Shown here: piece by piece, positions 54,876 through 64,000 of the stretch
How positions within the stretch are numbered: position 1 is the stretch's first letter
Layout: each line of letters starts with the position of its first letter
Assembly: GCA_012295275.1 (NCBI GenBank)
Contig: CM022673.1
Location: 2,170,001 to 2,234,000 of the forward strand
Source: Chrysomallon squamiferum
Lineage: Eukaryota; Animalia; Mollusca
Length of the DNA: 64,000 bases
Direction of reading: 5' to 3'
The notes under the pieces: model-generated
Told to the model about the DNA's origin: nothing
What the model saw: the letters and a program-made list of their open reading frames with translations, nothing else
Database searches by the model: none
Program-made: the position numbers and the translations under genes

Positions 54876-56871
54876 GAGTGTTTTAGTGACAGTCTTTTGT
54901 TGAGCTGCATGGCGTGTGTGATCGCATAAAATCTCTCGAGAGTTATCACAGTCAGTGTGAAAACACTCAGCTCGCTGGACAGCACTCCCAGAAACCCGGA
55001 TATTACGCAGCCAGGACTCATCTGCCACCAGATGGCGTGTTTCCGGAACTCTCCTGAAGATTAAAAACAAAAAATAAATTTCCTGTTTGAACTGAAGGGT
55101 GTATTACTCAAAAAAAAAAAAAAAAAAAAAAAAAGGAAAGAGATAAAAATAAAGAATAATGCACTGATAAGATTGCAGTTTAAATAAATACACTTTAAAT
55201 AAAGTGATCCCAGATTTAAGTTGACGAGTACCTAAAGTAGAAGCGTCCACAATGGCGAGAAAGCCGAGGTAGATGCCCATGAAGAAGTCGGCGCAGGCGA
55301 GGTTGCAGATGAGGAATCGAGGGACGTCCATCTTCGAACGGCTGGTGACGGACACGAAGAGGACGACGCCGTTGCCGAGAAGAGCCAGCATGAAGACAAT
55401 CCAAACCCCGCAGCGCAGAGACCACCACCCAAACAAGTCATCACACGGCATGAATGGTCCTGGAAATATTAGTGGAAGTAGCATTTGTAGTTGCAGTAGT
55501 AATATCAGTATTTGTAGTAGCACTTGTAGTTGCAGTAGTAATATCAGTATTTGTAGTAGCATTTGTAGTTGCAGTAGTAATAGTAGTATTTGTAGTAGCA
55601 TTTGTAGTTGCAGTAGTAATAGTAGTATTTGTAGTAGCATTTGCAGTTGCAGTAGTAATAGTAGTATTTGTAGTAGCATTTGTAGTTGCAGTAGTAATAG
55701 TAGTTCCTGTAGTAGTAATAGTAGTTGTAATAGTAATAGTAGTATTTGTAGTAGTAATAGTAATTATTTTACAGGTAGTAGTATTTGTAGTTGCAATAGT
55801 AATGGTAGTTCTGGTAGTCGTAATAGTGACTGTAATAGTAATAGTAGTATTTGTAGTAGTAATAGTAATTATTTTACAGGTAGTAGTATTTGTAGTTAAT
55901 AGTAATGGTAGTTTGGTAGTAGTAGTGTAATAGTTTGTATTTGTAGTAGTAATAGTAATTAACAGTAGTATTTGTAGGCAATAGTAATGGTAGTTCTAAT
56001 AGCAGTAATGGTTGTAATAGTAATAGTAGTATTTTGTTGTAATAGAAATAGTAGTTGGGTAGTAAGTGGTAATAGTTGTAATAGCAACAGCAGAAATAGT
56101 ACTTATGGTAATGGTACCATAGCAACAGCAGTAGTAGATAGTAGTAATAGCAGCAGTGATAGCAGTAGTAGTAATGGTGTTGGTGGCTAGTAGTAATAAT
56201 ATTGGTTTGCCATGGAGTTGTTTTAGTAATAGTAACAATGTGTAACAGTTTTACTTGTAGTTGTTGTTGTAGTAGTAGTAGTAGTTATTGCTGTAGCCGT
56301 CCGTAATAAAAATGGATTAAAATGAGTCGTAGTTAAAGTAGTAGTAGTAGTAGTAGTAGTATAATAGTAGTAGTAGCAGTTTAGTAATTGTTCAGATAGT
56401 TATATTATAATAATAGCATTGGTAGTAATTTGTTGTTTTTGTTGTTGCTGTTGCTGTATGGATAGAGATGAAAGAAAAAAAAACAAACAAAAAAGCAGTA
56501 ATAGCAGATGTAGAAGTAAATAATGAAAATATCTCAGTATTTCACCTGGTTTAGGTTTGCAGTTGATGGGCGGTCTGGCAATGACCAAGTCGTGGGCGTA
56601 CTCTCTTGGTTTGTAGTCTTCCAGGTATTTGCCGCTTCCTTCTGGAAACGTTGATTCGTAGTCCGGGAAATCAGTGTCGTACGAGCCGAAGTTTTCAAAA
56701 ATATTGTCAACCACGAACGACTGATTTACAGCTAGAAGGAAAATTTAATAATCATAAAACTAAAAATAAAATAGACAGACAGATAGGTAGACATACATAC
56801 ATACAGAGGGACAGACAGATAGATTAAAAATAAATTCGATGAACAAACACAACATAAATTGATTATATTAC

Positions 56872-56917
<46 letters not shown>

Positions 56918-56939
56918 GTTGTTGTTGTTGTTGTTGTTG

Positions 56940-56994
<55 letters not shown>

Positions 56995-57295
56995 GATAGA
57001 AAGATAGACAAATATTTTTTATTTTTATTTTTTATTTTTATTAAATCTGAATTTTGGAGAACAGTTACATGTAAAATACGTACAAAGTGTTTCCCAGAAC
57101 TCGGACACATTCTGAAAGGCCTCCCACACTCCCCCCACCGGTTTGTCCCCGTGCATCCAAGTTACGTCTTCCTTCAGCTGTATTTTATTTTTAGTCTGAA
57201 ACAGTAAAAGTAAATGATTTCAAATGTTTCATATTCAGCTCTATTTCCACATTACCACAACTTCCTAAAGTGCTAGTTATATTTCTATCATAAGC

Positions 57296-57333
<38 letters not shown>

Positions 57334-59387
57334 TTGTAATGTTTTCTAAGTTAAGAAATCTATTGTAAAGGAATGAATATTCCAAAAAATAACAGCTCAC
57401 ATGACTTTTACTGGACACACATACACAGACACATACACACACACACAGACACGCAGACACACACTCACATTTGCGATCACACTGTGAAACTCCATTGCAA
57501 ATAAAGCGGACATGAACGAGTCTTTTCCCACTAACAGTTCTAAACAGTGATAACAACAACCACGTCACCGTCATTTCACAATTATACTACATCTACAACA
57601 TAACACAGCACTTACTTCAGTCCCTGTATCAAGGAAATCACAGCAATGATAAGCGTATGAGAGAATGAGAAGTTTTATTTTAGGGAAAGCTTCCTTTCTG
57701 GGAAATTCTCGAAGTTCTGGATTGTGATACGTTTTCAGTTTGTTCAGATTCTGAAGACCACTTTCAGGCAGCATTGGAATATGGTTGTCACCCAGATTCC
57801 TGAAATATTTTACACATTTTGCTTTAATAATTGTTTTTAATGTAGATTCACAAGTCTCACGTTCCTTAAATGATATTTCAATTTGTATTAGTAAATGGCA
57901 AGGCATGTCCAAAAAAAGAAAAAATTCTTCTGAAGAGAAAAATAATCAGTTCGTTGCACATTTTACAAAAAGAGGAAATGTTTAATATTAGAGTACCATC
58001 TACAAAAGCAAATATTTCTATTATAAAATGATAATAAAAAGGACAATAAACGTTTAGCTAATTTTTCAATTCGATAGACATTACGGTTATTATTGTCTAC
58101 GGAAGGAAAAGTTGTTACTCTTCTTTCGAGGCTTGAATCTTTGACGTAATCGTTTTTTCTCGGGTTTCCGTAACAGGATGATTTAGCAACTGTTTAAAAA
58201 TCCAAACTACACTTGAAAAGTTATGATAAAGGCAGAATGTTTTTTTTAAAAAAATATATCCTCAACAAACTTAAACGTAATATGAAGCGTGCTGCAGTTA
58301 AAAACTTACAAGTCTTCAACATTCATCAGTGGAATGAAAGCTGCGGGATGAATTCTGCTTAACTTGTTGTGTGAGAGGTCTCTGTTTTAAATAAATAAAC
58401 AAATAAATAAATAAATAAATAAATAAACAATCAAACAATAAAAACCAACAAAAAAACCCAAGAACAAATATTAATAAATGCCAACAAAGACATACATATA
58501 TACGTTCATACATACAGATACAGACAGACAGATACATAGATAGATAGATATAGAGATATATAGACAGATATATAGATAGATACGTAGATACATATATATA
58601 TATATAGATAGATAGATAGATAGATAGATACATAGATACATACATACATACATACATACATACATTATACATACATACAAACATACAGACAGATACATAT
58701 GAATACACCCAAACACACATAAATACATACCTTCATTCATTCATGTATACATACATACCTCCATTTATATGCATATCGTACGTATTTTTATGCGTACACC
58801 TTTTTAGATACATTCATGCATACATTCACACATACACACACATACACACACACACAAACATACAGACATATATTCATACACACAGTCGACATACAGAGAG
58901 AGAGACAGAGAGTAATGTATATACTACGTACAAATAAAGTAATTTGTCTAAACCATAAAAGGCATCTTCAGGGATGTGAGTGATGTAGTTGTGACCCAGG
59001 GTCAGATCCGTGAGCTCGTGCAGACCTCGGAATGGACTTCCTTCCAGTGACGTAATTTCATTGTTTCCCATATTTCTACAGCAAGTAAAAAGAACCAGAT
59101 ATATCACCGCTATATTTAATTAATTCCATGTATTTGTACAAATAAATAAATAAATAAATAAATAATGATGATGATAATGATGATGATGATGATGATGATG
59201 ATAATAATAATAATAATAATAATGATGATGATAATAATAATAATAATAAACAAATACATGATTTAATCAAGGATTCCACAACTCTTGACATAATGAATAT
59301 TTTTTTTACTTATATTTAATAACAATGATGTTATTTCAAAATACAACACAGTGTTCAATTATTCGTAACGTATTGCTTGTAAAACTG

Positions 59388-59443
<56 letters not shown>

Positions 59444-62400
59444 TTATATTTCACGTAAGTAAAACTCAGTGTTAAGCAATTAATATTGTAAGCTCAGGTG
59501 TAAAAAATATTTTATTTAAAGTTGACTGTATATTTTTTGATATTGCGTTTCGTTAGCTTGTATTATGAAACATCTGTAAACTGCAACACAATATTTCATG
59601 ATTTTCGCCTCGAAATTGTCGTAATACTAATAATCGTAATTCTCCGTAATAAGAGTCTATTATTATTTTCTGTTATTATCATAGCTTAATAGCCTAACAA
59701 TGATACGCTCGAAGGTTCAGTTAAAATTCGATATTTCATTAAATAACATAATAATCGAGACGTGTGTATTATCTCATGAAATCAATATGTGTATTATTAC
59801 ATCACATAATTAAATTGTATATGTGTGTGTGTGTGTGTGTGTATTCCATTATTAAACAGAAAGACCTAATGTATTGTATGATCAAATAAACATATATATT
59901 ACATCATGAAGTAACCAAATATACTACATTATCAAATAAACAGATATATTACATCATCAAATAAACAGATATATTACATCATCAAATAAACAGATATATT
60001 ACACCATCAAATAAACAGATATATTACACCATCAAATAAACAGATATATTACACCATCAAATAAACAGACGTTTTACACCATCAAATAGATATATTACAT
60101 CATCAAATACACAGATATATTGCATTGATACTGTATTAATCTGAACAGTCTGACCTATGTGTATTTACTGAAACAGAGAGATGAAGTATAAATAAAACCA
60201 ACTTACAAGTTCAACAGAGCGGAACACCCCGTCACATTTGGGAGTTGATCAATTCGATTAGAGTGGACATCTCTGAAATTAAACAAACAAAAAGTAAATT
60301 AATAAGCAAATAAATAGATAATTAATTAAAAGATAGGCAGAAATAGGCAGATACACAGTTGGATCAGTCTGATGACAATGATGATTATTCATGTGATTGT
60401 CACTATCATCAATCATCATTATCAGAAAGAAGAAGAATATATACAAAACATTTATTTAAATAGAACATTTTGTTAAAAGAAACATCATCATATATATTAT
60501 TTTTGTACAAAGGTTATATGATACAAGAGGAACTTATCGATCAGTAACAAGGCATTTATTTACATGTTTTTTCCCATGATCAAGAAAACACATACCACAA
60601 CTTTTAATAAACCAGTCGCTTGCTGTAACTGAAAATAGTCAAGTATATTCTGCAATATATCAAACCAATGGATATAAAAATATTTGGTTTGACGTAATAT
60701 AACACTGATTTCTCATAAATAGTGCATATATAAATATGTGGCTCTCAAACGTTTGAAATAATAAGTATATCCTTTATATCTTATAACTAACAGATGTTAA
60801 TAAATACATGGTCCAGACATTTTGAAATATTATATTAATGATCTTTTATAATTCATATGTGTACAAATATACAGTCCACTGTGTTGACAGTAATAGTTTT
60901 ATCACTGATCCCTAATAATGGGTGTAATCGAAAATACGGTCCAAACTGCTCTGCGTAATATATGCTTGATCACATAGAAGATTAATAAAATAATGGATAA
61001 CAAAAATGTTTGACTGAAATCACGTCTTGCTTGTCTGTTGAAGTTCTCTGTCAACGTGTGCTGGATTTGACGTAACTAGCTCGAGCAGAAAGATTAACGG
61101 TAACAAACAGAGTTTACAGACGAGTGGCTGTTTAAGCCTGAACACGAACATGGTTTTCATCTTCAGGCTTGTTTAAAATGAAACGTTCCTGACGGAAGAA
61201 TTAGTCTTCATGATGCTGGAAGATGTTTGAACGAAGATGGATTGAATCACAGAGAGATCCGAAACTTCGGGAAAAAAAATGAAGTTGTTGTTGTGCTGGA
61301 TGTAAACTTAGAATAATAGTAATTGTTGCTGCTGTTTATAGTACTCGTAGTAGAGGGGAAACAGTTGTATCAGTTGTAAAGTGGATGATAACGTAGTACC
61401 ACTACAAGAAGGAATAGTAGTATATTAATATTAGTTGTTATTGTTGTTGTCGTAGCTTCTCAAGCACATAATAATCTTATAAAACTTATTTCTTCATTTG
61501 TGGAACATTATTTCAACATTTTAACAAAGTGTATATTTTTAAAAACAAAACATTAAAAAAGAAGCACAAAATAGAAACCTACAAGCAGTACAAAACGAAG
61601 AACCCAGTATTTACTAAATCGATACTTACAAAGTTTTAAGAAGTGGTAAATGCTGACACATATCAGGGGGGATAACTCTGATATTTGCTCTGTCGAACCT
61701 CAGCCCATCCAAACTTGAGGTTCCCTGCAAGTCTGGGAATTCCGTCATGTCGTGTGCCTCTGATAGATAGCTGAAATAATACGTACACTACATCTTTAGG
61801 AGTACGAATATACATAGCTGAAATAATACGTACACTACCTCTGAATATAGATAGCTGAAATCTTTAATACGAATATACAGTGAAATAATAAAACAGTATC
61901 TTTAGTAGTACGAATATAGATAGCTGAAATAATACGTACACTACATCTTTAGGAGTACGAATATACATAGCTGAAATAATACGTACTACAGTTAAAACGT
62001 ATCTTTAGGAGTACGAATATAGATAGCTGAAATAATACGTACACTACATCTTTAGGAGTACGAATATACATAGCTGAAATAATACGTACACTACATCTTT
62101 AGGAGTACGAATATAGATAGCTGAAATAATACGTACACTACATCTTTAGGACTACGAATATACATAGCTGAAATAATACGTACACTACAGGTAAAACGTA
62201 TCTTTAGGAGTACGAATGTAGATAGCTGAAATAATACGTACACTACATATTTAGGAGTACGACTATAAAGCCTAAATAGTTATTATAATGTTGTATATTT
62301 CCAAAAGATTAATTTTGGTTTTTTCACACCAATCTTTATTAAAATAAAATAAGATAAAAAAAAAAAAAAAAAAAAATAATTATAACAAGTTCGTGAGAAT

Positions 62401-63223
62401 GGAGTCAATATTTTTCCATTTACTTTGACATTATTTTACCTCTGACAATTAAATCCTTTCCCTTGCACCTTGAAAACCCCCAACAAAAACACGTAAAAAT
62501 AATAATAATAAAAAAAAATTTCTAATATTGATAGACTTAAAATACGCTTAAAATAATTTTATCCATGCTGAGAACTTCAGTAATGCGTTCTCTGCAGGAT
62601 ATGGACTGTCAAGTTTAAAAGGAAGAATTTATATTTTATCAATAATAACTTAATTCATTCATTCATATTGGGTTTTTTGCCCTTTTTTTTCCTGCTGCTG
62701 CTGTATTGCTCTTTTTTATGTTTTTTTGTTTTGTTTTGTTTTGTTTCATTTTTATTTTCGTGTTCTAATCACTACTGAAAGACTGCACTTACGAATCAAT
62801 ATTTTTTTTTAAGGAAAAACGATTTGTTGTATTAATCGATGAAACTATGACAATAAAACCAAAAAAATTTCAAAAATCAAAATTAAATAAACAACAGTCG
62901 ACTGACAAATAATAATGATGTAACATTTTAATGGCTGCGCCTAAAAAAAAACAAATACAAAAACAAAAAAATAACAGTCTTGCCAGTTGATATTCTTTAA
63001 TGATTTTTATTTTCAGAAAATGGAATTTGAAATTATAACTTTTTACTCACATTTTCCTAAGTTTGGGTAAATTAGAAAATGCTTTCTTTCCAACTGACAT
63101 GATTGGATTTCCTTTTAGCTGTAATAACATAAGGTTCTTGTTTTCTGCGAAGCTATAGTCAGGAAGATATTCTATTTTGTTGTCGTCGATATCTCTGTAA
63201 AAAAAAAAAAAAAATAATAATAA

Positions 63224-63287
<64 letters not shown>

Positions 63288-63948
63288 AATAATAAAATGT
63301 TATTAATTATTGAGAATATAAATTTAATTATACTATCATATTTTTACTGTAAAAAGCAAATACTTTTTAAAATGGAAATCGAAAATAAAAAATACAATGG
63401 AATTAAATTAAATTAAATTAAATTAAATTAAAGGAAAATAAAAGAAAAAGAAAATCAAACGACAAAACAAAAGGTAGCCAATGAGTCTATAATAACTTGC
63501 ATCATTATCACGTGTTAATCATAATATTTAAATATTTTTTGTTTGTTTCTTAATATATTCAATGGGATGGTTATAATAATATTGCTGAAAAGTATGGCTA
63601 TATTTAAGAAACGTTATCTAGTACTACAAAATAAAATATCTCCTTCTCTGTGTGTTTTATTTTCTAGATATACTCAGAATATGTGTTCATTTTCTAGGTA
63701 TACTCAAAACGTAGTTTTCTCTAAAATAATTTTCTAGGTAAACTCAAAATATAGTTTTTTTTTATGCTTATTTTCTAGGTAAATTCAATATACAGTTTCT
63801 CTTTAATTATTTTCTTGGTATTTTCAAACTACAGGTTTTCTGTATGTTTATTTTCTAGGTATACTCAAAATATACTTACAATTCTTCTAAATCTGGCAGT
63901 GACTTTAAAGCTACAGGAATTTTTTTCAACCTGTTTTTATTCACTTGT
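51987..63948 (-). CDS. rk: Type-B leucine-rich-repeat GPCR, bursicon receptor (rickets/LGR2)-like; 5' end lies beyond the window
   Basis: Phase-consistent exons (minus strand): 63880-63948, 63051-63194, 61630-61770, 60207-60272, 58932-59075, 58310-58381, 57616-57799, 57084-57195, 56546-56731, 55232-55459, 54874-55053, 54359-54484, 51987-53875. About 11 LRRs lie in the window. Hinge YAYHCC...[25 protein letters not shown]; 7TM with [70 protein letters not shown] and [11 protein letters not shown], all closely matching rickets as recalled. Confidence 0.92.
55470..56400. repeat. (GTA/TAA)-rich compound repeat with a 39-bp higher-order unit, in an LGR intron
   Basis: agtagcatttgtagttgcagtagtaatagtagtatttgt repeated about 6 times, decaying into GTA/ATA triplets. 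Source of several spurious long ORFs. Confidence 0.9.
59920..60121. repeat. 25-bp intronic minisatellite
   Basis: Unit acatcatcaaataaacagatatatt, about 8 copies. Confidence 0.9.
61766..62262. repeat. 47-bp minisatellite (~10 copies) that includes an LGR exon acceptor site
   Basis: Unit atagctgaaataatacgtacactacatctttaggagtacgaatatac. tagctgaaat recurs at 61768, 61815, 61852, 61921, 61968, 62024, 62071, 62118, 62165 and 62223. Confidence 0.95.
63648..63876. repeat. Degenerate 30-45-bp tandem repeat abutting an LGR donor site
   Basis: Six copies of ttattttctaggtatactcaaaat-like core, ending just before the donor at 63879. Confidence 0.75.
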
Positions 63949-64000
63949 CTGAAAAATACATTATTCTTTATAATCTTTTATAAAGAAAAAACATTAATTC

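Noticed and set aside
55273-56238. Long Val-rich, Ser/Cys-rich and Leu/Gln-rich ORFs
   Set aside because: They derive from an intronic GTA-triplet repeat. Only 55232-55459 (minus) is a real exon, bounded by splice sites.
61134-61170. Intronic inverted repeat aagcctgaa...ttcaggctt as a possible miRNA or structured RNA
   Set aside because: The stem is only ~9 bp, too short for a pre-miRNA, and matches no RNA family I recognise.

Overview
This window is AT-rich, microsatellite-laden eukaryotic genomic DNA with GT-AG introns, most likely a mollusc or other lophotrochozoan (inferred from gene content and repeat types). I see five protein-coding genes. (1) A mytilectin-type beta-trefoil lectin with a single coding exon and an N-terminal myristoylation-like extension (1132-1617, +). 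(2) A GIMAP/AIG1-type GTPase exon (6360-7037, +). (3) A two-exon GT10 alpha-1,3-fucosyltransferase (9886-13605, -). (4) A complete 11-exon TIF1/TRIM24/33/bonus-type gene (37663-46741, +). (5) The 3' part of a type-B LGR closely resembling the bursicon receptor rickets (51987-63948, -), which continues beyond the window. The ~24 kb between 13.6 and 37.6 kb has no recognisable gene but carries MITEs, SINE remnants and a dense cluster of TGACGTCA palindromes. A decayed RLE-type non-LTR retrotransposon and several minisatellites are also present, two of which duplicate real splice sites. The best candidate for something new is the predicted lipid-anchored cytosolic mytilectin next to a GIMAP and a fucosyltransferase. 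All family calls come from recognising motifs by eye; no database search was run.
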